64,000 nt of DNA from the IMG/VR virus record IMGVR_UViG_3300028384_000422, positions 1 through 64,000 of that record. One strand, 5' to 3'. Position 1 is the first letter of the stretch. Every line of letters begins with the position of its first letter. Below, piece after piece: positions 8,701 to 17,961 of the stretch. The translations under genes were made by a program, and so were the position numbers. This DNA comes from a virus. Under the pieces are notes generated by a model. That model saw only the letters and a program-made list of their open reading frames with translations, was not told where the DNA came from and made no database searches.

Positions 8701-10152
8701 CCCAGCATTTGTAGAGGTGATGCTGAGGTTTCTGGCAGATGCGGAATTTTGTGTCAAAGAGAAGGTAAGGTTACCATCCCCAGACTTATCCAATGTCTGA
8801 GAAGCTGCTCCATCAAGAGTAATATCAGGATCAGAAAAATAGGAACGGACGTTGACATCAATCTCACCAGCGCCAGAGTCCCCTGTATTATTAGCCCCAA
8901 ACAGAAGATTACCGCTCGTATCATTAACTTTGACGTAGTTAAGATAATTGAATCCTCTGTATCCAGAGGTTGCAGTAAGTTCTTGATCAAGTTCAAAGTC
9001 TTCTTTTGTATTTCCATCAGCAAAGGAGACTCTATTATTTTGTAGTTGTGTATTATCTACGCCTAGTGCGGCGATTGTGACATGCCCGTTGCTGTCAACA
9101 TCGAAATCTTCCTGTGCAAAGGAAGCCAGTCCCTTCTGTTCCGTTGCTTCAGCCGCGAGGTAACGCCATGATCCAGTATCACCACTGGAATGAGTAGGAG
9201 CACCAGCACCAGCACTAATTGGTGCAATTGCTTGGTAAACTTTCGATGCATTAGCAATGATGTCATAGCGAGCATATGTCGTGCCTGCATTGTAGCTAGC
9301 GTACTTACTACCCTCAGTAGCAGTAGCGATAGGCACAGTATTAGAATCCGTTAATCTACCGTATGCATCGACTGTAAATTTAGTAGCGTTTACAGTCTCA
9401 CTACCAGCAGCAGACGTGAGTGATTCGGTATTATATTCTGCTGCACTTACAGCAGTTGTAATTAAGTCGATAACAGGGTTGCCTGCAACACCGTTACCAT
9501 TAGTAATAGCAATTCTAGTAGCAGAACCAAGAATAGTTCTGGTTGACATTGCACCACCAGAAGTTCTGGCAATAATACCAGTAGAAGTAAGGTTTGCTAA
9601 TGCTTGAAGGTCAAGGTCATATGGTTGTGCTGAAGAACCCTCAACATTACCATCCAATCCATATCCAGCAAGAGTTGTAGGATTAGTCGCATTAGTAACA
9701 CGACCTTTTGCATCAACAGTTACTGAACGATAAGTTCCTGATGAATCTCCTGTGCCGTCATAATGAGGTAAGGTTGAAACAAGACTAACTAATGTATTCA
9801 GGTTCAGGTTGGTGGAACCATCAAAGACGCCTGTTGCCTGAACGTCACCTGAAAGTTGAATCTGACGAGTCGAAGCAAGACGAGCGGCGGTTGAAGCATT
9901 ACCGATTAATGTTGCAGTGACTGTGCCAGCACTAAAATTACCATCAGCATCTCTCTGTACGAGTGTATTCGCTGTATTGGTGACGGATTCAACAGGTCTT
10001 TCATACCTCAACGTATTCCATGCGGAAACACCATCACCGATCTTAAAGCGACCAGTATCAAGTTCGATTCCGAGTTCACCTTGTGCCAGGGTTGGGTTAG
10101 CGTTTGCCCATTCCTGAGCGCCACCTCTTCTTAATTGAATTCTATTTGCCAT
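5731..10152 (-). CDS. Long tail/neck fibre protein, N-terminal 1462 codons; N-terminal Mtd_N/hyaluronidase-like anchor
   Basis: Starts MANRIQLRRGGAQEWANANPTLAQGELGIELDTGRFKIGDG; many beta-repeats (GTTTTVNST, DKFxVDxxxGNTxIxGTL); upstream late promoter; position beside gp13. Confidence 0.85.
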   Translation of the reverse strand: MANRIQLRRGGAQEWANANPTLAQGELGIELDTGRFKIGDGVSAWNTLRYERPVESVTNTANTLVQRDADGNFSAGTVTATLIGNASTAARLASTRQIQLSGDVQATGVFDGSTNLNLNTLVSLVSTLPHYDGTGDSSGTYRSVTVDAKGRVTNATNPTTLAGYGLDGNVEGSSAQPYDLDLQALANLTSTGIIARTSGGAMSTRTILGSATRIAITNGNGVAGNPVIDLITTAVSAAEYNTESLTSAAGSETVNATKFTVDAYGRLTDSNTVPIATATEGSKYASYNAGTTYARYDIIANASKVYQAIAPISAGAGAPTHSSGDTGSWRYLAAEATEQKGLASFAQEDFDVDSNGHVTIAALGVDNTQLQNNRVSFADGNTKEDFELDQELTATSGYRGFNYLNYVKVNDTSGNLLFGANNTGDSGAGEIDVNVRSYFSDPDITLDGAASQTLDKSGDGNLTFSLTQNSASARNLSITSTNAGSGTSTVTISAEDVVDIDTTDANGKVHIEELRIQSNYLASTGQLNIDPGDDRAATGLVRIFGNLQIDGTTTTVNSTELSVDDVTILLGGDTAPGSDDNLDRGIEFRYYDSQARLGFYGWDTNYTDLGGHEGGYRFLHAATNNSEVFTGTDSGIIAGNVKLTTNTNSTSNTTGDLVVAGGAGIGQDVNIGGLLDVDGTFRANSTSRFDDNIVLQGASKTLQLNNGSGTTKVEFQSTTGNGSLAGILDVTGNFNVNTNKFNVVAASGNTTVAGTLGVTSDTTLTGALDLNNTLNVSGDVHLESTNDITVAKNAGTGVWEIQSNDYGAFRLDGGFYAAGDALIDGTLHVNGAIEVKDSATEAESRLNWLRVRYRGRFGDSYQATPSYASHNTTTIRAHGGAGIERTLHVGGTGSGEGLFVGKRYSGDTIKFSVLGASGNTDIQGTLDVAGNSEFNGTVDVDADFAVRNGTTDKFFVDNVTGNTDIQGTLDVNGATEITNTLDVSNAVTFDQTLLVQGNSEFNGTVDVDANFAVRSGSTDKFTVASASGNVATDGTLVVQGQTTINDSLIVDAANEIFSIRNGSAVEKFGVDADNGNTNIIGTLTVGDATQINDTLGVSDVVTFTRNTQQTLTGNYAADGAFRLTGGAGIGKNLAVSGDARIYGSTELTGALDLNNSADISGALVTHDNVTINADNKMFKIQTNSAVDKFTVDTDNGNTDIRGTLDVGGDVTAESNFTVTGNLTVNGTTTTVNSTVTTLDDPIITVGGDTAPASNDGKDRGVEFRYYDGSAKIGFFGYDRSANQFAFVTDATNNSEVLAGTDGALRAGSLNLTGSGTSLDVDANANIDGTLTVDGQIVSQVTSGAALVIPTTTKINNLNADLLDSMTTASAATPTTVVARDSSGDFSANQITAASGVGAAAGFLGNASSADILKTARVITIDGVVNGNVSFDGSQAVTITTTYDDADITALAAQSGTGYMVRTHRIFWYYTNQC

Positions 10153-10188
10153 TTTTTACGACAACTCGTATAGATAATGCTTCTAAGT

Positions 10189-10195
10189 TATTTAT
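10189..10195 (-). promoter_or_regulatory. T4-like late promoter (ATAAATA)
   Basis: Intergenic, directly after a terminator and 36 nt upstream of the fibre ATG. Confidence 0.8.
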
Positions 10196-10201
10196 GCCAT
10201 T

Positions 10202-10222
10202 AAAAAGGGGGCGTTTGCCCCC
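10202..10222 (-). terminator. Rho-independent terminator
   Basis: GGGGGC-AAAC-GCCCCC-TTTTT on the minus strand, just after the stop at 10228. Confidence 0.85.
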
Positions 10223-10227
10223 GCGTA

Positions 10228-10434
10228 TCATTCTTCAGTTTCTTCGGGAGTTTCTTCTTCAGTCTCATCCCCATTGAAATACTCAAGAGTTTCAATGGCA
10301 CCTTGCAGTTTCAGTGCAGTAATTTCGTTTTGTTTGATCTTTGCTGCCATTTCCTGATTCTCAGTCACCAGTTTTGTAAGTTGCTCTTTGAATTGAGCAA
10401 GCATCTGGTCAGCAGGCACTTTTTCAATCGTCAT
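10228..10434 (-). CDS. Small coiled-coil hypothetical protein
   Basis: 68 aa, heptad pattern (ALKLQGAIETLEY), acidic tail, followed by a terminator. Confidence 0.75.
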   Translation of the reverse strand: MTIEKVPADQMLAQFKEQLTKLVTENQEMAAKIKQNEITALKLQGAIETLEYFNGDETEEETPEETEE

Positions 10435-10669
10435 AATGTTTTCTAGAATTGTTTTGGACTAACGTTAGTAAGAGTGATTTGATGTCACTCAATTCAGATT
10501 TTAAACCAGAAACCTCATTTTGTAAAGTGTCAAATTCATGTTTCTTTCTTTGCGATGCTTCATAAGCACGCATATACTGTTTATATGTATTAGTGTCAGA
10601 ACATTGAAGAGATCCCGTGCTGGGATCTCTATACCAATGCTCATGATCTTGTACTGGGACTTGATCCAT
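10424..10669 (-). CDS. Small hypothetical protein with C-terminal coiled coil
   Basis: 81 aa; ATG overlaps the stop of the 2430-aa gene; WYRDPSTG and LKSELSDIKSLL. Confidence 0.75.
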   Translation of the reverse strand: MDQVPVQDHEHWYRDPSTGSLQCSDTNTYKQYMRAYEASQRKKHEFDTLQNEVSGLKSELSDIKSLLLTLVQNNSRKHYDD

Positions 10670-13600
10670 TATACAGCGAGGGCAATTGCTCTGAAATCTT
10701 TGATGATTGGTGAGTATGCCTGATTCGGAGAAACGAAGACAACCTTAATTTGATATTGATCGAAGTTCAGACCCGATACTTCATATTCATATTCACTGAA
10801 TACCTGATTTTCAGTAGTTTCAGGAATGTTTGCATCTCCAATATCAAAGAAGTTATATCCAAGAGACTCGATGTTATCAGACCCACCAACAGGTCTCACT
10901 CTATATAGCACCTTGATAGTGCTACCCGTAGGACGGTATCCAGAGAAGTATACCTTAAGTGATTTAGATGGATTGACTAGATTTGCAGGACGAGTGATAT
11001 ACGCAGCCTCGTGCTCATCACCAGATGCCAAAAGTGCAGTATTTTCATCCGAAGGATTATTGATTCTGTTAGAAACACATGTGATAGAAAGTCTTTCTGT
11101 GTCAATAACAGGACTGAGATTTTCTTTATCAGAAATCAATGTTAAATCCATTCTGAATGATTTAGCACCACTCAATTCTGCCGATTCATTAACGGTAGAA
11201 CAAATCAGATTTGGTGTGTTAAAATAATTATCTTCACTTAGAGTAATATCTTTGAAAATACCATCGTCCGAGAAAGAGGATTCAAGAACAGTAGAACCAT
11301 TATTAATAGAAGTACCAGAGATAGTTTTAACTCTTGCTGTGATATCAGTTCCAGGAAGAAGCATTCTTTCAACTTGAGGAACAAGAATCTCATACTGAAT
11401 ATTCTGAGTTGCCTCACCTCTAGCACCACCACCTCTAATACCAAGTCTAGCAATAGAAGTAGTTGAGATATCGTAAGTATCGAGTGTGGGATTAGAGATA
11501 CCAGTGTGTGCTTTATTAATTTCTGTTAGAGGAATACCATCTAAGTTATAGCATTCAACAGGAGTTTCATCTGGATGGGAAATTGCAGTTGTTCCATCAA
11601 GTCCTCTTTCGACAAGAGTAATAGTCTTACCATCGCTACTAATAGCAGAATAAGATACAACTTCAGATTGATCTTCTAGACCAAGAGATCTGTTATAGAT
11701 TCTCGCATATCCAGGATTAGTTGTGCTGATTGCCAAACCATTAATTGTTGTATGGAAGGCAGTTGCGTCAACAACAGACAGTGTAAGATCACTAGCAGAA
11801 ATTGATGCCGTCAATGCAGTATTAGAAATCTCAGATTCAATACCTGCAATAGTTACATTATTAGAGACATCATGCATACCATGGTTGCTATGATGAATTC
11901 TGACTTTTCTTTGACCTGTCGTATAAGTAGGTGTGCTGCTAGGTTCTGCAGGATTGATAACACCAGCCTCAACTTGGTCTCCAGCAGGCGTAAATGCACC
12001 AGAAGAAGCAGCAGTAGTCGCTGCAGTGTTAACACCCGCACCAGCACCATCACCTGTAATATTTTCGCTATTTGCGAAGTCATCAGACACGAAATTCAAA
12101 GCAAGAGTAGTTGCATTTGTTACTGCAGTAATTGTAGCAGTAGCATTAGAAGTACCACCAGTAATGTTGTCACCCACACCAAAATTGGTTGTAGATGCAA
12201 CCGTCAATGTTCCTGTTGTCTTAGAAGAAACTAGATCATTTGAGGAAGCAAATGTTCCAGTAATATCATTAATTGTCAGAGTAACACCCGCAGTCAAGTT
12301 TTGAACATTAACGATCGTTGCTTCTGCAAGCGTAATCTTCTGTTTGATTCTTGCACCAATAGTAAACGGAACAGTTGTAGAATCAAGAGTCAACTGCAGT
12401 TCTGGAATGAAGGTTTCAATTGCATCATTACGAAGTTGAATAACACCCTTATTACCCTTATCTAGAGCAACATTGTTCAAAATAACACTACTATTCTGAT
12501 TAGTTACGAATTCTGCTCTATTAATAGAGAACTTAAGATCTTCGTACTGATCAGCAGTCCAAGTAGATGCGTTCTGAGATTTGAACAGAACACCAGCATA
12601 TGGTTGTTCAGAAATAGTTCTATCTCCTGTAATATCAACCTCACCCATTCTAGAAACCCAAACCTGATAAGAGTTGGAGTCGGAAAGAAGAACAAAACAA
12701 TGTTCCTGAGATTGAGGAATGTATACAGGTGCTCTAAAAGTAAACTTAGTTGCAACAGCAGCCGTTTCAGACAACTGAATATCATTGGGTTCAAGAGTTA
12801 CATCCGAAAAAGGAAGAATCTTAGTAGTAGGATATCCATTTTCCATGGTCCTGATCTGCATAGAAACAGGAATATTGGTGTCCTTAGTATTAAAGTAAAC
12901 ATCAACTGATGTAATGAATACACCACCTTGTTCATCAACAATAAAGGACTGTGCCAGAGGGTCATACCAACCAATCTGACGGGTTTCGGTTCTAATTGTA
13001 TTGAAGTTTCTTGACTGGTTTACAGTATCACGAACAACTTCAGCATTTCTAACAGCAAGAACATTTTCGCGAACTCTGTTCAAAGTGCCCTTTGCTTCGT
13101 ACTCTGCTTCAGCAGAAGATGCTACAGCACCAGCAAGACGGGAGTCTTTTGCATCCGTTGTAAATCTAAGAGTGTTTGTTCCAGTTCTAAATCTAGGAAA
13201 ACCTAGCTCGCCAACCCCAGGGATAGCATTTACAGTAACCTCTTGTCTAGGGAATAATCTACGAGCAGGAGGAATAAACAAAGAACCGTGCATCTTGCCA
13301 GATCTATCACTGAGAAGTCTACGATCTTTGACTATTGCCTTAGCGCCAGATGCGCCCATCAAGATTTCACCAACCAAGAAGTTTCCATAGAATTGACCTC
13401 TAGCTTGCGATGCGAGAGAATCTAGATCAATATTCAAGAATGCAGTCGTTGAAGCATAAGAAGATGGAAGTTCAGTATCATCATATGGATTGAACTTATA
13501 TACATCATTCGGTGCAACAACTCTCAATTCTACACCAGAAAATAGTCCTACGACAGTTTCACCAATAACGAATGGAGTAGAATTAGTTCTACTATCAACT

Positions 13601-16600
13601 GCAGGGTCTTTAATAAGTTCGATCAGTTTCGGCATCACAAATTGACCCATATTAACTCCACTAAAGAAAGTGAAGAATGCAGTTCTCGGTTTCATACGAG
13701 CCGCTTTGAAAGCAATGTTTCTAGAGCGAACGAATGGAATTGTAGTAGAAGATACAACACTATCACCCAGAGACTGTCGATCGATTCTAGGAATAACTCT
13801 GGAACGAATACCAGTTCTTGTTTGACGTGTTGTTGTAAGAATTGTATCAGTCCTGTTAATACGACGCATACCACGACCACCCCAGACACCAGGAGCAGGT
13901 GATCTACCACGGTCCATTTCTAACCAGAAAGAGTTTCTGGTAACATTAGATCCAACAACTCTACTGGAAGACCACTGATCGCGCCATGCACCCCATTGAA
14001 TAGGAGCAAAACCATTCTGATCAACATTCATTTCAGATGATACTGCTTGGAAATCACCTTCAATTTGCGTTACCTGCTGAGGCAATCTTTCAGTATCAAT
14101 CCAATCATCAGATTGAGGAGTAAGATCAATACGACCAATATAGGTAAATACGTTGAATGGGTTGATGTTCTCAACTCTCGAAGCATATGGTTGGTCAATA
14201 ATCTTCTTCTCGGTGTATGGAAGTGTCAGAAGAGGACCAGTTTGCTGATAGTTATTAGACAGAGAAGTGTTAATTTCCAATCCAACATTAGAGGTATAGT
14301 GAGATGCACGACACCATCCTTGTGCAAAATCTAACGCAGCATTAAAATCTTCATTGCCAGTATCCGACTTACTATGGTCGGAGAAGTCATCAACAGTAAA
14401 ACCGTTTTTCAAGCGATCTTTTCCATCACCATCAAGAATCTTAGTATTATAAGTATCAGTTTCAAGAAGGTTCAGTGATGTATAGTACTCAACCTGATCG
14501 AGACGACGCTCAAGACCACCAATATCTTTCATGGTGAAACGCTTGTGGTCAGATCTAGTGATTACTACATCCTGTTCAGGATCAAAACCATATGGTTTAT
14601 GACTGAGAACTGCTAAAAGTAAACTATCTTTAATATCATCAGGTTCATCAGGAGCCTCTGCAGATTTACCCTTAACAACCTGGAATTCACCATCAGGATT
14701 GAGGAAGAGTTTATCCGTTCTAGGTAGATACCAGTCAAAATCACACTTAAAGTTAGTCTGTAATTTCGGAACGTCAAAAATAGTTGCTGCTGGCGATCCT
14801 GAAGTATTGAATACTCTTGAATTAAAATCAAGACTATTAACACCAACATACGCAGGTGAAGAAACAGAACCTGTTCCAGAGTACAAGTTTTTAACGGAAG
14901 GACGGAAGTCGAGGTAATCTGCTAAGAAATTAACTCCAAAGAATGGAATATCATCGTAAGTTGTATTCAGATACGATTGACCACCAAAATAATCACCTGT
15001 AGCAGAGTGTGTATAGTAATCAAAAACAACTTTCAGTTTTCTGATTGGTTTTGCAACACCCTTCTTTCTAGTAATCTTAGAAATATCATAGATGAATGGT
15101 GTTTGATTCACTTCTAAGAAGAAGTTTCCAGTAATAACTTTTGAACCTGCAACGACAGATCCTTCACTATCATTAATGATTGCGTTAATTGCAGTATTAT
15201 TACTATCAAAACCAGACAGAGTTTCACCTGCTTGGAATTGACCAGATTCATAAACAACAGTAAGTTTTAAGTTACCTGAGGAGAAATCTACAACTTTTGC
15301 TCTAGCATTTGATGTTTTACCTGTAACGATAGATCCTGTTGCAAAGAAGACAGGTTCTACAAGAGTTACTGAAGGAATTACGGGATCATTATCATCAAGG
15401 GACTCATAAACTGCATGAAGTCGATAAGCATCAACTGCACCAAGAGAAATATCGTTATCTTCAATACGAGTGCCGTATGTGTTGGTATGAGTCAGGTTGT
15501 ACTTGGGTCTATCTAAATCTTCTACTGTATTAGTAACCTTAAGGACAAACATCTTGTTTTCAGATTTTGTCTTTCTGGTTGTTACGTTCTTAGCAATAGT
15601 TGCTGTAATTTTAACAGAAGTGATATTTGTTAAGTTGTCAATCTGAAGTGTAGTGTTATCACTAGAGGTAAAGTCTGCATAACCAAGAACATTAGATGCA
15701 TGACCAGCACTAGGGGGTTTTAATTGAATTTCTGACCCTACTGGATAAGATCCATTAGTAGAAGCCAAGGCAATCATTGTGAAGTTTGCATCATTAATAG
15801 CTTCAAACTGTTCGTTTTCAGGAAGAGTTAAGGATACAGAACCACCACCAGAAACCGTTTGGGTATCAAACGTTCTTCTGACGATCATAGACTCATCGCT
15901 GATGCTCTTAACATAGTTCTTGGGCATCTTACTGAGAAGATTTGCATTCTCAACGTCAAAGAACTTAGCACGATAACGAAGAAGACTAGTATATGTTCCT
16001 GCACTAGGAGCAGCACCACCTGGACCAGGTGTTACATTAACTGTTTGAGCAGCGTAATCAAAGATACTTGCAAATCCAGTCGTGCTTAATGCATCAGGAT
16101 CTACTTTATCAACATCAACATATTTTGTTGAACTGAAATAAATACGATCTCCAGGACGAAGATCTAAAGCAAAGTTAGACTGTAAACCAGTAATATCTTC
16201 ACTACCACCAGTAGCATCATAAGTGAATGTACTACCTTGAATGAGTTGAATATCTTCTAAAATTAGGTCACTAGTAAATTCAATGACACTAGTAGTCTCA
16301 TCTCTAGATACAAGTTGACGAACGTCGGAGAACTGATATGTATGAATATTGTCAATAGTGTCCAGATTAATACCATCTACTGTCAACATTTCATTCTTAA
16401 TGAATGATCCCTCTACTTGAATGAGGTCGATGTGACCAGCATTACTAAATGCCTCCGTAGTATATCCTCTAGCACCAGAAGTTCTACCAACAACTTGCAC
16501 ACCTGCACCAAGAGTTTGGTTGCTATTCATATCCAGAATAGTAAACATCTGGATATCCATAAGGTTTGCCTTATAGTTATCATCAGTATTACCATAAGTT

Positions 16601-17961
16601 CCATCGGGATTGCTTCTGTGTTCAAAAGAAATGACACGAGCAAGACCAATCTTTTCGCCAGCAGCAGTTCCTGCAGAAGCACTAAATGTGTCTCTTAATT
16701 CAACTGTCTGATATGCATTGGTAATTGTAGATCCAGTTGTATTGGGGAATCCATAAACGTTATTTACGTTAATTAGATTACCTAACTTAAATGCAATATT
16801 AGTATTTTCTCTATTAGCAGTATCTCTCGGTTTATCGAGATCAACAAAAGTCTGAGATAGTGTACTTACACGATAACCTCTGACATATGCAGTTCCAGGA
16901 CCAAACTCAACTGCATACTTATCAGAAGACGCAGTGTTATCTTGAGCAGTAGTATCACCAGCAGCATATACACCATTATTATTGCCGTCATCTAGATTCT
17001 CTCTAACAGCAATATTAAAATCTTTTACAACATAATCACCAGACTCTTCATAAGTTCTAAGTGCTAAAGACTTTTCGAGTTCGCTAAGAGCCGAACGATC
17101 AACCAACTGCTCTACTTTAGAGTTGTTGAGACGGAGCAGTTCGATGAAGTCTTTATCGGCATCATCCGTTAATAATTTTTTATTTAATTTTGTGGTGATT
17201 CTAAATCTATGAGAACCAGGAGCAGCATAGTTACTTGTTCCAGCAGCATTATCGTTGAGGCTGAGGTCATCCTCGGGAGTGATAATGGATTCTTGGATAT
17301 CGAGACCAACACGATAGGAGGGATTTGATCCATACTGATCGAGAAGAAGATATTGATAATCAACATCAACAAAGAAACCTCTGATGTAATAAACACCAGG
17401 TTGAATGTATGCAACAGAACCTTGTTGTAAAGATCCTGTAGGCAGAAGTTGAGCGAAGGGAGAACCAACCTCAATCAAAGTTGTTCCGAATGTAATCTCA
17501 ACATCGGTAACTAACTGTTCATTGTTCGAGAACGTTGTTTGTTCCTGTGAGTCACCACCAGATTCAATGTACTTGACATAGAGTGTGATATAACCTTTAT
17601 CAGACTCTGTATCAGAAATACTGAATAAGACTTTTGCTTTGACGCCAGATGTCAAACCTTCAATAATTTTTCCTGTAAGTTGAGAACGATACTGTTCAAC
17701 GTCAGCACCCAGGAAAGATTCCTGAAGCATAATCGCATCAACTGTCAGGTCATAACCCACCTGACCAGGGATAACCATCGATCCATCTTTATATGTGCCA
17801 GAACCGATGTTTTCAATTTGATTCTGCAGAATACTCTGCATCGTAGTGAGTTCTCTCGCCTGAATGGGAAATCCAGGACGGAACAGCACTCGATAAAAAT
17901 TCTTATCCTTATCGAAGTCGTCGTAGTAAGGTGTGACGTTTAAATTGGTATTTTGTGCCAT
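10669..17961 (-). CDS. Large baseplate/virion structural protein (DUF4815/VrlC-like)
   Basis: 2430 aa; NLNVTPYYDDFD...VLFRPGFPIQARELTTMQSILQNQI, DRLKNGFTVDDF, YDPLAQSF, LFKSQNASTW; follows gp8. Confidence 0.88.
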   Translation of the reverse strand: MAQNTNLNVTPYYDDFDKDKNFYRVLFRPGFPIQARELTTMQSILQNQIENIGSGTYKDGSMVIPGQVGYDLTVDAIMLQESFLGADVEQYRSQLTGKIIEGLTSGVKAKVLFSISDTESDKGYITLYVKYIESGGDSQEQTTFSNNEQLVTDVEITFGTTLIEVGSPFAQLLPTGSLQQGSVAYIQPGVYYIRGFFVDVDYQYLLLDQYGSNPSYRVGLDIQESIITPEDDLSLNDNAAGTSNYAAPGSHRFRITTKLNKKLLTDDADKDFIELLRLNNSKVEQLVDRSALSELEKSLALRTYEESGDYVVKDFNIAVRENLDDGNNNGVYAAGDTTAQDNTASSDKYAVEFGPGTAYVRGYRVSTLSQTFVDLDKPRDTANRENTNIAFKLGNLINVNNVYGFPNTTGSTITNAYQTVELRDTFSASAGTAAGEKIGLARVISFEHRSNPDGTYGNTDDNYKANLMDIQMFTILDMNSNQTLGAGVQVVGRTSGARGYTTEAFSNAGHIDLIQVEGSFIKNEMLTVDGINLDTIDNIHTYQFSDVRQLVSRDETTSVIEFTSDLILEDIQLIQGSTFTYDATGGSEDITGLQSNFALDLRPGDRIYFSSTKYVDVDKVDPDALSTTGFASIFDYAAQTVNVTPGPGGAAPSAGTYTSLLRYRAKFFDVENANLLSKMPKNYVKSISDESMIVRRTFDTQTVSGGGSVSLTLPENEQFEAINDANFTMIALASTNGSYPVGSEIQLKPPSAGHASNVLGYADFTSSDNTTLQIDNLTNITSVKITATIAKNVTTRKTKSENKMFVLKVTNTVEDLDRPKYNLTHTNTYGTRIEDNDISLGAVDAYRLHAVYESLDDNDPVIPSVTLVEPVFFATGSIVTGKTSNARAKVVDFSSGNLKLTVVYESGQFQAGETLSGFDSNNTAINAIINDSEGSVVAGSKVITGNFFLEVNQTPFIYDISKITRKKGVAKPIRKLKVVFDYYTHSATGDYFGGQSYLNTTYDDIPFFGVNFLADYLDFRPSVKNLYSGTGSVSSPAYVGVNSLDFNSRVFNTSGSPAATIFDVPKLQTNFKCDFDWYLPRTDKLFLNPDGEFQVVKGKSAEAPDEPDDIKDSLLLAVLSHKPYGFDPEQDVVITRSDHKRFTMKDIGGLERRLDQVEYYTSLNLLETDTYNTKILDGDGKDRLKNGFTVDDFSDHSKSDTGNEDFNAALDFAQGWCRASHYTSNVGLEINTSLSNNYQQTGPLLTLPYTEKKIIDQPYASRVENINPFNVFTYIGRIDLTPQSDDWIDTERLPQQVTQIEGDFQAVSSEMNVDQNGFAPIQWGAWRDQWSSSRVVGSNVTRNSFWLEMDRGRSPAPGVWGGRGMRRINRTDTILTTTRQTRTGIRSRVIPRIDRQSLGDSVVSSTTIPFVRSRNIAFKAARMKPRTAFFTFFSGVNMGQFVMPKLIELIKDPAVDSRTNSTPFVIGETVVGLFSGVELRVVAPNDVYKFNPYDDTELPSSYASTTAFLNIDLDSLASQARGQFYGNFLVGEILMGASGAKAIVKDRRLLSDRSGKMHGSLFIPPARRLFPRQEVTVNAIPGVGELGFPRFRTGTNTLRFTTDAKDSRLAGAVASSAEAEYEAKGTLNRVRENVLAVRNAEVVRDTVNQSRNFNTIRTETRQIGWYDPLAQSFIVDEQGGVFITSVDVYFNTKDTNIPVSMQIRTMENGYPTTKILPFSDVTLEPNDIQLSETAAVATKFTFRAPVYIPQSQEHCFVLLSDSNSYQVWVSRMGEVDITGDRTISEQPYAGVLFKSQNASTWTADQYEDLKFSINRAEFVTNQNSSVILNNVALDKGNKGVIQLRNDAIETFIPELQLTLDSTTVPFTIGARIKQKITLAEATIVNVQNLTAGVTLTINDITGTFASSNDLVSSKTTGTLTVASTTNFGVGDNITGGTSNATATITAVTNATTLALNFVSDDFANSENITGDGAGAGVNTAATTAASSGAFTPAGDQVEAGVINPAEPSSTPTYTTGQRKVRIHHSNHGMHDVSNNVTIAGIESEISNTALTASISASDLTLSVVDATAFHTTINGLAISTTNPGYARIYNRSLGLEDQSEVVSYSAISSDGKTITLVERGLDGTTAISHPDETPVECYNLDGIPLTEINKAHTGISNPTLDTYDISTTSIARLGIRGGGARGEATQNIQYEILVPQVERMLLPGTDITARVKTISGTSINNGSTVLESSFSDDGIFKDITLSEDNYFNTPNLICSTVNESAELSGAKSFRMDLTLISDKENLSPVIDTERLSITCVSNRINNPSDENTALLASGDEHEAAYITRPANLVNPSKSLKVYFSGYRPTGSTIKVLYRVRPVGGSDNIESLGYNFFDIGDANIPETTENQVFSEYEYEVSGLNFDQYQIKVVFVSPNQAYSPIIKDFRAIALAV

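Noticed and set aside
9990-10152. Mtd_N-like N-terminus suggesting a diversity-generating retroelement
   Set aside because: No reverse transcriptase and no TR/VR pair differing at adenines was seen; this domain is a common fibre anchor.
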